DNA from: a bacterium
GTDB lineage: Bacteria; Patescibacteriota; Patescibacteriia; UBA1558; S5-K13
Length of the DNA: 61,599 nucleotides
Reading direction: 5' to 3'
Assembly: GCA_029555085.1 (NCBI GenBank)
Contig: JAKPTO010000052.1
Span: forward strand, 1-61,599
Shown here: positions 1 through 9,432 of the stretch, piece by piece
Layout of the letters: each line of letters starts with the position of its first letter
How positions within the stretch are numbered: the first letter of the stretch is position 1
Program-made: the position numbers and the translations under genes
Notes under the pieces: model-generated
Databases searched by the model: none
What the model was told of the DNA's origin: nothing
The model's input: only the letters and a program-made list of their open reading frames with translations

Positions 1-1
1 A

Positions 2-166
2 TTATCTGTTCCAAAAGTATATTTAGTAGGTGATAATGGACTAATAAGGTGGATCAAAACAGAAGAAAAAGCAATAGAATTGTATGGAAAAAATTGGAAT
101 AAATTAGTATATGATTTAGATGAATCATTGTTTGGTGATTACACAGAGGGAGAAGCGATTGAATAA
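2..166 (+). CDS. 3' end of a surface protein (partial, runs off window start) with a C-terminal repeat domain
   Basis: Frame 2 reads LSVPKVYLVGDNGLIRWIKTEEKAIELYGKNWNKLVYDLDESLFGDYTEGEAIE*, closely similar to the C-terminus of 48263..50815. Confidence 0.8.
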   Translation, partial: LSVPKVYLVGDNGLIRWIKTEEKAIELYGKNWNKLVYDLDESLFGDYTEGEAIE

Positions 167-186
167 AAAAATTCATGATTTTTTAT

Positions 187-213
187 AAAAATAGCCAATT
201 CGTGGCTATTTTT
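187..213 (+). terminator. Intrinsic terminator
   Basis: AAAAATAGCCA-ATTCG-TGGCTATTTTT hairpin just after the stop at 166. Confidence 0.7.
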
Positions 214-294
214 ATTATACGAATAATAATTTTTCTAAACTTAAATATTTTGCTATAATAATAATGGTTTTAAGAAACTGATTTTATTTATTTT

Positions 295-1287
295 ATGAAA
301 AAACAATTTGACATAATTACATTTGGTGGGGCAACTCAAGATATTATGTATTATACAAAAGAAGGCGTAATTATTAAAAATAAAAAAAATATTTTAGCTC
401 CAGAATTATTAGCATTTGAATATGGCGAGAAAATAAACTCAGATGATGTTCATATGACATTTGGTGGAGGAGCAATGAATACAGCAGTAAGCTTTGCAAA
501 TTTAGGATTCAAGACTGGTATTTTTACAAACTTAGGAGATGATCGATTCTCCGATGCGATTGTGCGTGAGCTTAAAAGTAAAAAAATTGACATAACCAAT
601 ATAACAAAATCAACAAAAACTCATTCGGGATTTTCTTTTATTATAAATTTTAACAACGAAAATCATAATGAACATATTTTATTTACTCATCGTGGTGCAA
701 ATTCATTATTAAACATTTCTGGTAAAAAATTAGAAAATATTAATTCACAATGGTTTTATATTGCATCGCTTGGTGGCGCTAAAAAATTATTCACGAAAAA
801 TATAAATACAATTTTTGAAATTGCTGAAAAGAAAAATATAAAAATAGCATGGAATCCAGGGGTTCCACAAATAAAATTAGGTTATAAATTTTTTAAAAAA
901 TATTTCAAAAATATAGAAGTTTTTTGCTTAAATAAATCCGAATCAATTGATATGGTAAAAACATACGGAATAAAAACAGATAATGTAGAAAAATTACTGA
1001 AAACAATTCATTCCTGGGAAGTAAAAATATGCGTTATAACTTGTGGTCGTCTTGGCGCGTATGTTTATGATGGAAATAAAATATATTTTGAAAAAGCCAC
1101 AAAACATAAATCAACAGATACAACTGGCGCTGGAGATGCATTTAATTCAAGTTTTGTAGCGGGATTAATGATTTATAATAACGACATAAAAAAATCTTTA
1201 AAATTATCAATGCTTAGAAGTGGAAATGTTGTTTCAAATATTGGCGCTCAATCTGGACTTTTAACAAAAAATCAAATTAAACCTTAA
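295..1287 (+). CDS. PfkB/ribokinase-family carbohydrate kinase
   Basis: GGGAMNTA and DTTGAGDAF signatures. Confidence 0.92.
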   Translation: MKKQFDIITFGGATQDIMYYTKEGVIIKNKKNILAPELLAFEYGEKINSDDVHMTFGGGAMNTAVSFANLGFKTGIFTNLGDDRFSDAIVRELKSKKIDITNITKSTKTHSGFSFIINFNNENHNEHILFTHRGANSLLNISGKKLENINSQWFYIASLGGAKKLFTKNINTIFEIAEKKNIKIAWNPGVPQIKLGYKFFKKYFKNIEVFCLNKSESIDMVKTYGIKTDNVEKLLKTIHSWEVKICVITCGRLGAYVYDGNKIYFEKATKHKSTDTTGAGDAFNSSFVAGLMIYNNDIKKSLKLSMLRSGNVVSNIGAQSGLLTKNQIKP

Positions 1288-1299
1288 CAATAAAAATCT

Positions 1300-1866
1300 A
1301 TGAAAGTAAAAATTGAATATTCAAACAGACACATTCATCCATCAAGAGAATTAATAGAACAATTATATGGAGAGGGTTATCAATTAAATTTTTTAAAAAA
1401 ATTATCTCAGGCGGATGATTTTGCAGCAAAAGAAACAGTAACAATAATGGGACCAAAAACCTCAATAGAAAATGTAAGAATTTTAGGTCCAGAAAGAAAA
1501 GAAACTCAAATAGAAATTTCAAAAACAGATGCATATAAATTGGGAATAGAAGCACCAATAAGATTATCTGGTGATATAGATAACACACCTGGAATTAAAA
1601 TTATAAATGAATTAAATGAAGTTAAGATAGAAAAAGGCGTAATAATAGCAAAAAGACATTTACATGTTTCCCCAGATGACGCAAAAAAATTTAATTTAAA
1701 AGATGGACAGGTTGTAAAACTAAAATTTGATGGTGAAAGATCTGCTATTCTTGATCAGATAATTGTTAGAATTGGGGATGGTTTTCAACTTAGAGTTCAC
1801 CTTGATACAGATGAAGCCAATGCGCTAGGCATAAACCAAAACGACGAAGGCGAATTAATAATTTAA
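1300..1866 (+). CDS. pduL: PduL/EutD-type phosphate acyltransferase (phosphotransacylase)
   Basis: Two repeated motifs SNRHIH and AKRHLH, VRILGPERKETQIEISKTDA, HLDTDEANA. Confidence 0.92.
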   Translation: MKVKIEYSNRHIHPSRELIEQLYGEGYQLNFLKKLSQADDFAAKETVTIMGPKTSIENVRILGPERKETQIEISKTDAYKLGIEAPIRLSGDIDNTPGIKIINELNEVKIEKGVIIAKRHLHVSPDDAKKFNLKDGQVVKLKFDGERSAILDQIIVRIGDGFQLRVHLDTDEANALGINQNDEGELII

Positions 1867-1875
1867 TTTAATAAA

Positions 1876-2985
1876 ATGTATTTAGTAATCAACAGCGGAA
1901 GCACATCATTAAAATTTAAAATTTTTGATGAGCAATTAAAAAAACTTGATTTTGGCATTATAGAAAAAATAGGCCAAGATCATTCTATTATTGAATTTAA
2001 AAATCTAAAAGAAACTAAAGATGTTTCATCTCACAAACAAGCGCTAGTTATTGTAAAAAATTATCTAGATGCAAAAAAAATTATTGTAACTAAAATGATT
2101 CATAGAATTGTTCATGGGGGAGACAAATTTCAAGCACCAGTAAAATTAAATTCAAAAACAATAAAAGAAATTTCAAAATACAACTCACTTGCGCCTCTTC
2201 ATAATCCAATAAATTTAAAAACTGCGGAGCATTCTTTGAATTTATGGAAAAATATAAATCATGTTGGAGTTTTTGATACAATGTTTTTTAAAACTCTGCC
2301 TGAAAAAGTATATTCCTATCCTATAAATTACGACATTGGCAAAAAATATGGAATAAGAAAATTTGGATTTCATGGATTTTCTCATTATGGAATGTTACAG
2401 GAAGTATCAAAAAAATTAAATAAAAAAGTTAATAATTTAAATATCATAACATGTCATTTGGGCGGAGGAGCAAGTATTTGCGCTATAAAAAATGGAAAAG
2501 CAATTGAAATATCAATGGGATTTTCACCAAGCTCTGGAGTTATGATGATGACAAGATCTGGAACAATTGATCATGAAATCATTTTTTATCTTTTGGGTTG
2601 TGGCCTAAAAACTCAAGAAATAAAAGATATACTAAATTATACATCTGGATTATTTGGTATTTCGAAAATTAGAGATTTAAGAGACATAATGATTTTATGT
2701 GGATATAAAATTCCCGGATATGTATCGCACTTAAAAATGAATAAAAACTTGAAGAAAAATGCGCAACTCGCGTTAAATATGTTTATTTATAGTATTCAAA
2801 GACAAATTTCTTCCTACATCACTTTATTTGATAAAATTGATGCAATTGTTTTTTCTGGTGGAATAGGGGAAAGAAACAAAGATATTAGAAATTTAATATT
2901 AAAAGATTTAAAAATATTAAAAAACATACCTAGTATAGTTGTAAAATGCGATGAAGAAAAATATATGTTGATGTTATCCAAATAA
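1876..2985 (+). CDS. ackA: Acetate/propionate kinase
   Basis: INSGSTSLKF, HRIVHGG, LAPLHNP, FGFHG, HLGGGAS, FSGGIGE. Confidence 0.95.
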   Translation: MYLVINSGSTSLKFKIFDEQLKKLDFGIIEKIGQDHSIIEFKNLKETKDVSSHKQALVIVKNYLDAKKIIVTKMIHRIVHGGDKFQAPVKLNSKTIKEISKYNSLAPLHNPINLKTAEHSLNLWKNINHVGVFDTMFFKTLPEKVYSYPINYDIGKKYGIRKFGFHGFSHYGMLQEVSKKLNKKVNNLNIITCHLGGGASICAIKNGKAIEISMGFSPSSGVMMMTRSGTIDHEIIFYLLGCGLKTQEIKDILNYTSGLFGISKIRDLRDIMILCGYKIPGYVSHLKMNKNLKKNAQLALNMFIYSIQRQISSYITLFDKIDAIVFSGGIGERNKDIRNLILKDLKILKNIPSIVVKCDEEKYMLMLSK

Positions 2986-3054
2986 GTTTTAATAAATAAA
3001 ATAAATCCGCAAATAACATTAACAATAAATTATTAAATATTTTATATCACGATA

Positions 3055-3693
3055 ATGAAAAGTAGAATCTCTAATGGATTAAAATTAGTATTAGCATCTA
3101 TTTTTATAAATATTTTTTGTTTTAATTTTTGTATTGCTGAATATCACAAAACAAATGAAAATGGAACTGAAATATCAACAAGCACAGCACAACAATTAGA
3201 ATTACAATTCCCAGAAAGAGAATCTGGAAAATTAAAAAATGAATTAAATGGACTAGATCAAGAAGACCCAGTTTCTATAAATATAATAGACTATAAAAAA
3301 CCATATTTTTGGGCATTATTATTGTCTTTATTTCTAATTATTGGAATTTTAATTCGATTGTTTAAAAAATTATCTTACATGGATAGGGAATTTAAACAAT
3401 ATGAAAATAAAATAAAAAATGAAATAGACCAGGGAGAGATATTAGATAATGATGAAATTGTTTACTCAATAAACGAAACAAATAAAATCAAACCCGAACT
3501 AAAAGATAATAAGCAAATGTCTAAAATAAAAATTACAACACAGGAAGATGACGACATCGAAGAAGAGGACGACATCGAAGAAGAGATAGAAAATAAAAAA
3601 ATTAAAATACAAGATGAATCAACAGATCAAGAATTAATTATTAATAATAAAAAAAATGAAAACGAAGATGATGATTATATTTTCGATAATTAA
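3055..3693 (+). CDS. Hypothetical membrane protein with acidic cytoplasmic tail
   Basis: Signal-like N-terminus, one TM segment, D/E-rich tail including an 18-bp tandem repeat at 3550-3585. Confidence 0.7.
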   Translation: MKSRISNGLKLVLASIFINIFCFNFCIAEYHKTNENGTEISTSTAQQLELQFPERESGKLKNELNGLDQEDPVSINIIDYKKPYFWALLLSLFLIIGILIRLFKKLSYMDREFKQYENKIKNEIDQGEILDNDEIVYSINETNKIKPELKDNKQMSKIKITTQEDDDIEEEDDIEEEIENKKIKIQDESTDQELIINNKKNENEDDDYIFDN

Positions 3694-3708
3694 TTAAATT
3701 TTAATAAT

Positions 3709-4767
3709 ATGAGTAAAGAACTATTAACAGGAAATGAAATAATTGTACGCGCTGCATTAAATGCTGGAGCTCAAGCTTTTTTTGGTTATCCAATAACTCC
3801 AGCAACAGAAATAATGGCAGAGTGGGACACTTTTTACGAAAAAAATCGTAATAATTTGCTTTTTCTACAAACAGAAGATGAGATGTCAGCGGGCTTTGCA
3901 ACAATAGGCGCTGTTGTAACCGGAAAAAAAGCATTTACAGCTACCGCTGGTCCTGGAAATATTTTAATGCAAGACGCATTTTCAATGGCTGAAGCAATGC
4001 AAATTCCAATTGTAGCCATTATAGGTCAGCGTGGCGGACCTTCAACTGCTTCGGTTATTTACTCCCAACAAGAATTAACATTGACAGCATTTGGGGGAAA
4101 TGGCGAAGGATATCGAATTGTGTATAGTCCATCAACAATTCAGGAATTATATGATTACACAATAAAAGCATTTAACACTGCGTGGAAATATACAACTCCG
4201 ACTTTTGTTTTAACAGATGGTTATACTCTAAAAACAAGAACAAATGTTGAAATAACTCGTCCAAAAAATTTAGAAAAAAGCTTTCCGATGGTTTTAAAAT
4301 CAAATAAAAGAGGAAAAAAAGAATCAGAATATGTAAATTTGAGAAATACTTATTCAGTAGAAGAAGAATGTTTTAAAAATAATAAAACCTTAATCGAAAA
4401 ATGGAATAAAATAAAATCTCAAATTGAGGAACACGAAGTATATGAATTAAATAAATCAAAAAAAGACACGCTTATTATTGCTCACGGAAATGTTGCTTCA
4501 TCAGCAAAACAAGCATTGTATGACACAAAGAAAAAATCAGTAAAATTATTTAGACCAATTACAGTAAATCCATTTCCGATTAATGCCTTAAAAAAAGAAC
4601 TCAAAGGAATTAAGCAAATTATAGTAACAGAATCAGCAAATAATCAATTATTAAAACTTGTAAAAGAAAATTTATACGGACTAAATATTCCTATCAAAAC
4701 TTATAATAAACCAGCACTTGGAATAACTCCAGAAGAAATAATTGAATTAATTAAAAAGAATAAATAA
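3709..4767 (+). CDS. 2-oxoacid:ferredoxin oxidoreductase alpha subunit (Vor/Kor-like)
   Basis: GNE, GYPITPATEI, EDEMSA, TATAGPG, QRGGPST. Confidence 0.92.
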   Translation: MSKELLTGNEIIVRAALNAGAQAFFGYPITPATEIMAEWDTFYEKNRNNLLFLQTEDEMSAGFATIGAVVTGKKAFTATAGPGNILMQDAFSMAEAMQIPIVAIIGQRGGPSTASVIYSQQELTLTAFGGNGEGYRIVYSPSTIQELYDYTIKAFNTAWKYTTPTFVLTDGYTLKTRTNVEITRPKNLEKSFPMVLKSNKRGKKESEYVNLRNTYSVEEECFKNNKTLIEKWNKIKSQIEEHEVYELNKSKKDTLIIAHGNVASSAKQALYDTKKKSVKLFRPITVNPFPINALKKELKGIKQIIVTESANNQLLKLVKENLYGLNIPIKTYNKPALGITPEEIIELIKKNK

Positions 4768-4771
4768 ATAT

Positions 4772-5503
4772 ATGGAAAATAAAAATAATCTATCTTGGCC
4801 AAAATGTTGGAAACATTCTTCCAAACCTCACAACTTTTGTCCTGGTTGTGGTCACCCAATAATACTTAAACAATTAGGACATACAATTGATGAATTAGGA
4901 ATTCAAAGCAACACGCTTTTTGGAATAGATATTGGTTGCTCGCTTTTGGCTTGGAATTTTTTCAATGTTGACACAATACAAACTCATCACGGCAGAACAA
5001 TTCCTGTTATGACTGGCGCAAAAAGATCAAAACCTAAGATGGTTTCAATTGCATATTTAGGAGACGGGGGAGCGTATGCAATAGGAATGCAACATTTGAT
5101 AAGTGCGAGAATAAGAAATGAAAATATCACTGTTATTATTGTAAATAATGCAAATTATGGCATGACAGGCGGTCAAGAAGCACCAACAACTATTCCTGGT
5201 CAAATTACAGCAACAACGCAATCTGGCGCTGATGAATTTTTTACAAAAGGACCAGAATTATTATCAGGTGCAAGTGAATCACCTGCTTATATTGCTCGTG
5301 GCTCGGTTGATAATCCAATTCAATTAAAAGGATTTATCAAAAAGGCAATTGAATGGCAAATGACTGGAAAAGGATTTTCATTTGTTGAGGTTTTATCATT
5401 TTGCCCTACAAACTGGAGAACTGACGCAAAAGCAACTATTGAGTTTATGAATAAATTAAAATCAATATACACAATAAAAGAATTTACAAAGGAGAATAAA
5501 TAA
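4772..5503 (+). CDS. 2-oxoacid:ferredoxin oxidoreductase beta subunit (TPP-binding)
   Basis: FCPGCGH, DIGC, GDG...NN TPP motif, YGMTGGQ, CPTNW. Confidence 0.93.
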   Translation: MENKNNLSWPKCWKHSSKPHNFCPGCGHPIILKQLGHTIDELGIQSNTLFGIDIGCSLLAWNFFNVDTIQTHHGRTIPVMTGAKRSKPKMVSIAYLGDGGAYAIGMQHLISARIRNENITVIIVNNANYGMTGGQEAPTTIPGQITATTQSGADEFFTKGPELLSGASESPAYIARGSVDNPIQLKGFIKKAIEWQMTGKGFSFVEVLSFCPTNWRTDAKATIEFMNKLKSIYTIKEFTKENK

Positions 5504-5504
5504 T

Positions 5505-6050
5505 ATGAAAAAAATTTTAATAGCTGGTGAGGGTGGACAAGGTGTTCAATCACTTAGCAAAATTTTACTTGATATTTTAAATAACAAAGATTTTCACATA
5601 AGCTTTGTGCCAAATTACGGAGTGGAGCAACGCGGTGGAGTTTCTTTGGGCTATATTCAATTTGGAACTGAAAATATTTATTATCCAAAATTTTTAAAAG
5701 CAAATATTATGGTAATTTTATCAGAACGCGCTTTTAAACGAACAAGTGATTATATAAACAAAGATTCAATTGTAATCTATAATGCTGATTTGATAAATGA
5801 TCCCACAATTAAAAAAATCAAAAAATCTTACGGCTTTACATTTGATACACTTTCAAAAGAAATTGGCTCTTTGCGCGTTATGAATATGATAGTACTTGGT
5901 ACAATTATGAAAACAATAAAAGATTTTATAAAATTAGGAGACGCGAAAAAATCAATAAATCGTGTTTTTGGAGACAAGTATATCAAAAATCCTAATTTGA
6001 AAGTTTTAAACGAAAAAGCGCTTGAATTAGGATACAATTTAATTAAATAA
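5505..6050 (+). CDS. 2-oxoacid:ferredoxin oxidoreductase gamma subunit
   Basis: AGEGGQGV, YGVEQRGG, NMIVLG. Confidence 0.92.
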   Translation: MKKILIAGEGGQGVQSLSKILLDILNNKDFHISFVPNYGVEQRGGVSLGYIQFGTENIYYPKFLKANIMVILSERAFKRTSDYINKDSIVIYNADLINDPTIKKIKKSYGFTFDTLSKEIGSLRVMNMIVLGTIMKTIKDFIKLGDAKKSINRVFGDKYIKNPNLKVLNEKALELGYNLIK

Positions 6051-6074
6051 AATTTTTGTAAATTGTCTTACCCT

Positions 6075-6127
6075 TGTCATTCTGAATTTATTTTAAAATC
6101 CCATCTTGAATCAAGTTTAGGATGATA
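6075..6127. repeat. Degenerate inverted doublet of TGTCAT-tagged REP-like units
   Basis: 6075-6101 matches the reverse complement of 29921-29947 at 23/27 positions; reverse complement of 6111-6127 matches 29862-29878 at 15/17. Confidence 0.65.
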
Positions 6128-6180
6128 TATAAATAAAAATTTTTTAAAAAATAAATAATTTAAAAAAATAAAAAAACAAT

Positions 6181-7179
6181 ATGACAAAAAAAAGAATAGC
6201 AATTAATGGTTTTGGTAGAATTGGAAGAGCTGTGTTTAGAATAGCACTAAACAAAAAAAACATAGAAGTAGTAGCAATAAATGATTTAACAGATTCTGCT
6301 ACGCTTGCGCAGTTGTTAAAATACGACAGCGCGCAAAAAAGAATTGAAAATAAAGTAAGTTCAAACAAAAAAGGAATTGTGGTTGATGGAATTACATATC
6401 CAGTTTTCACACAAAAAGATCCAACACTTTTACCATGGAAAGATTTAAAAGTTGATGTAGTTTTAGAATGTACTGGGGTTTTCAGAACATACGAAGATGC
6501 GCAAAAACACATGCAAGCTGGCGCAAAAAAAGTTATTATTTCAGCTCCTGCAAAAGGAGAAAATGTTGAAACCATAGTTTTGGGAGTAAACGAAGAAAAA
6601 ATAAAAAAATCTAAAAATGTTTATGATATAGCTTCTTGCACAACAAATTGTATTGCTCCGGTTATGAAAATAATAAGCGATAACTTCACAATAGAAAAAG
6701 CCCTTATGACAACTGTTCATGCTTACACTGCTGATCAAAACCTCATGGATGGTCCTCATAAAGATCTAAGACGCGCTAGAGCCGCGGCAATGAACATTAT
6801 CCCAACTTCAACTGGTGCAGCAATTGCTGTGACTCGTGCAATTCCAAAATTAAAAGGAAAATTTGACGGATTTGCAATTAGAGTTCCTGTAATTGACGGA
6901 TCTCTATCAGACATCACGATAAAATTAAAAGAAAATGTTACAGTGGAAAAAATAAATGATTTATTTATAAAAATGTCAAAAGATAAAAAATTCAAAGGAA
7001 TACTTACAACAACAAAAGACCCAATTGTATCTTGCGACATAATCGGAAATCCATATTCATCAATAGTTGATTTATCGCTTACAAATGTAATGGATGGAAA
7101 TTTATTAAAAGTTGTTGCTTGGTATGACAATGAATGGGGATTTAGTAATAGAATGCTTGAGTTGTGTGAAAGAATTTAA
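6181..7179 (+). CDS. gap: Type I glyceraldehyde-3-phosphate dehydrogenase
   Basis: INGFGRIGR, ASCTTNC, WYDNEWG. Confidence 0.98.
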   Translation: MTKKRIAINGFGRIGRAVFRIALNKKNIEVVAINDLTDSATLAQLLKYDSAQKRIENKVSSNKKGIVVDGITYPVFTQKDPTLLPWKDLKVDVVLECTGVFRTYEDAQKHMQAGAKKVIISAPAKGENVETIVLGVNEEKIKKSKNVYDIASCTTNCIAPVMKIISDNFTIEKALMTTVHAYTADQNLMDGPHKDLRRARAAAMNIIPTSTGAAIAVTRAIPKLKGKFDGFAIRVPVIDGSLSDITIKLKENVTVEKINDLFIKMSKDKKFKGILTTTKDPIVSCDIIGNPYSSIVDLSLTNVMDGNLLKVVAWYDNEWGFSNRMLELCERI

Positions 7180-7184
7180 TAAAA

Positions 7185-7955
7185 ATGAATCTATCATTTA
7201 ATATAAAATTAGCAGAGGGATATAGTAGTCCAACCCAAAAAATTAAAAAAATGTCAGAAAGTTGGGTTGATAATGAAATGTATTGCCCAAATTGTGGATT
7301 TAGTAGTATAGATAAATATGAGGAAAATAAACCCGTTGGAGACTTTTTTTGCTCAAAATGTGGAGAAGATTATGAATTGAAAAGTAAAAAAGATAAGTTT
7401 GGTACTAAAATTGATGATGGAGCCTATCGCATAATGATTGAAAGATTAAAAAGCGATAATAATCCCAACTTCTTCTTGTTAAATTATAATGCGAGTGATT
7501 TTAAAATTAAAACTTTTTTTGTAATCCCTAAACATTTTTTCACTCCTGATATTATCGAAAAAAGAAAACCACTTTCACAAACCGCTAGGCGCGCAGGTTG
7601 GGTTGGATGTAATATTTTATTCAACAATATACCTCAAAGTGGAAAAATATATATTATAAAAAATGGATCAATAGAACCAAAAAATGCAGTTTTAAAAAAT
7701 TGGCAAAGGACACTATTTCTAAAAGAGGAAAGAAAAATTGAAACACGTGGTTGGTTACTAGATGTAATGAATTGCATTGACATTATAAATAAACAAAAAT
7801 TTAATTTAAACGAAATATATTTATTTGAAAAAACATTAAGCAAGAAACACCCAAACAACAAACACATAAAAGATAAAATAAGACAGCAGTTGCAAATTCT
7901 TAGAGATAGAGGATATATCAAATTTATAGAAAAAGGAGTTTATCAAAAAATATAA
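7185..7955 (+). CDS. DpnI/Dam-replacing-family methyl-directed restriction endonuclease
   Basis: YCPNCG..CSKC zinc site, YELKSK, ARRAGWVGCNI, C-terminal winged helix KIRQQLQILRDRG. Confidence 0.9.
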   Translation: MNLSFNIKLAEGYSSPTQKIKKMSESWVDNEMYCPNCGFSSIDKYEENKPVGDFFCSKCGEDYELKSKKDKFGTKIDDGAYRIMIERLKSDNNPNFFLLNYNASDFKIKTFFVIPKHFFTPDIIEKRKPLSQTARRAGWVGCNILFNNIPQSGKIYIIKNGSIEPKNAVLKNWQRTLFLKEERKIETRGWLLDVMNCIDIINKQKFNLNEIYLFEKTLSKKHPNNKHIKDKIRQQLQILRDRGYIKFIEKGVYQKI

Positions 7956-7977
7956 TATTATTATTTTCAAAAAAATA

Positions 7978-9096
7978 ATGCGAAAATCAAACAAAATTAT
8001 AGGAATATTTTTAGTATCAACTTTATTGATAGTGTTAGTTTTTATTATAATTTTTAGAGAGAAACAAATAAAAAATAATAATGACAATTTTAAAATAGAA
8101 TTAGATGTTGAACAGCAAGACACTTCCCAAGAAAATGAGAAGAGTGAAATTGATGTTTTATACGACCAATACTGGGAAGATACAGAAAATAAGGAAAATG
8201 AATTAAAATCATTGTTAAAACAAAGTGGAGATTTAAAATTTATTCAATTTGAAAACATATATACAAGTAACCAAGAAAACGATAGCCAAAAATATCCAAT
8301 ATTAGATTGCGACAATGAAATAGTTAAGTTTGAATTTATTCCAGATCCATATAGAAAACAGACAGATGAAAATATCATTTTTGAAGATAGAATGGATATT
8401 CAGATTATAAACAAAAAAACTAACAAAATAATTCAACAAAAAGAAACATATGTACCATGGAGTATATCAAAATTAAATTTTAATAATGCGGATTATTATA
8501 TAACAGAGGAATATACTGGTGGCGCTCATTGTTGTCACGAGCAAAGAATAATTGCATGCAAAGATGGTAAATTTACAATTGGTGATACTGCTAACTTTGG
8601 AAGTAATGGAGATCTTGGAGATTTTTTTATAAAAAATAATCAAATTTATTTTACTAAATTATGTGGTAGATTTGATTATTTTAATCTTAGTTATGCGTCA
8701 TCAGGTGGAATGAATTATGTGGCTTTTTATAAACTAGACACTGATTCTAATAAATTTGTAGATGTCTCAAAAGAATTTCCAGACTACTATTCCGCATTAG
8801 CAAAACAACAAAATGATTGGGTAATTAAATTAAAAAACTACGAACCAAATTTTTTTAGTGGATTAGATGAATTGTGGTATTATCCACTCATCAAGAGATT
8901 GACTGCAAGTTATTTTTCTGGAGAAAGTCAGGAAATTTATAAAAAACAATTTATAGAAGACATGAATTATTTTATAGGTGATTCTTCTACAGAAGAACAA
9001 AGTTTTTTATTGCCCATTACGAAAGATAATGTTGAAAAAATTTTTAATGATGCGATGAGGATTTTAAATTCTAACAACATAGATACTACAATATAA
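7978..9096 (+). CDS. Membrane-anchored extracytoplasmic hypothetical protein
   Basis: N-terminal TM helix; YTGGAHCC motif. Confidence 0.75.
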   Translation: MRKSNKIIGIFLVSTLLIVLVFIIIFREKQIKNNNDNFKIELDVEQQDTSQENEKSEIDVLYDQYWEDTENKENELKSLLKQSGDLKFIQFENIYTSNQENDSQKYPILDCDNEIVKFEFIPDPYRKQTDENIIFEDRMDIQIINKKTNKIIQQKETYVPWSISKLNFNNADYYITEEYTGGAHCCHEQRIIACKDGKFTIGDTANFGSNGDLGDFFIKNNQIYFTKLCGRFDYFNLSYASSGGMNYVAFYKLDTDSNKFVDVSKEFPDYYSALAKQQNDWVIKLKNYEPNFFSGLDELWYYPLIKRLTASYFSGESQEIYKKQFIEDMNYFIGDSSTEEQSFLLPITKDNVEKIFNDAMRILNSNNIDTTI

Positions 9097-9134
9097 ACAT
9101 TGTTAATAAATTCGATAAAAAATAAAATAAACTA

Positions 9135-9392
9135 ATGCCCTCATTTTCAGAAAAAGTATATAAAATTGTTTCCAAAATTCCAAAAGGCAGTGTTATGACA
9201 TACAAACAAGTTGCAAAACTCGCTGGAAATGAAAAAGCATATAGAGCAGTTGGAAATATTTTGAACAAAAATTATAATCCAAAAATTCCATGTCATAGAG
9301 TCATAAAATCTGATGGAAAAATTGGTGGATACAATAGAGGCGAAAAGGAAAAAATTGAAATGTTAAAAAAAGAAGGATATAAATTTAATTAA
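9135..9392 (+). CDS. MGMT/Ogt-family alkyl-DNA binding protein (C-terminal domain only)
   Basis: IPKGSVMTYKQVA, RAVG, IPCHRVI. Confidence 0.9.
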   Translation: MPSFSEKVYKIVSKIPKGSVMTYKQVAKLAGNEKAYRAVGNILNKNYNPKIPCHRVIKSDGKIGGYNRGEKEKIEMLKKEGYKFN

Positions 9393-9432
9393 TAATGTAT
9401 AATTAATTTGTGTAAAAAAATTATAATTTAAT

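Noticed and set aside
6144-7130. Antisense ORFs over gap, and similar short ORFs opposite or inside guaB, OFOR, dnaE and the S11 peptidase
   Set aside because: Shadow frames of well-supported genes, with no motifs of their own
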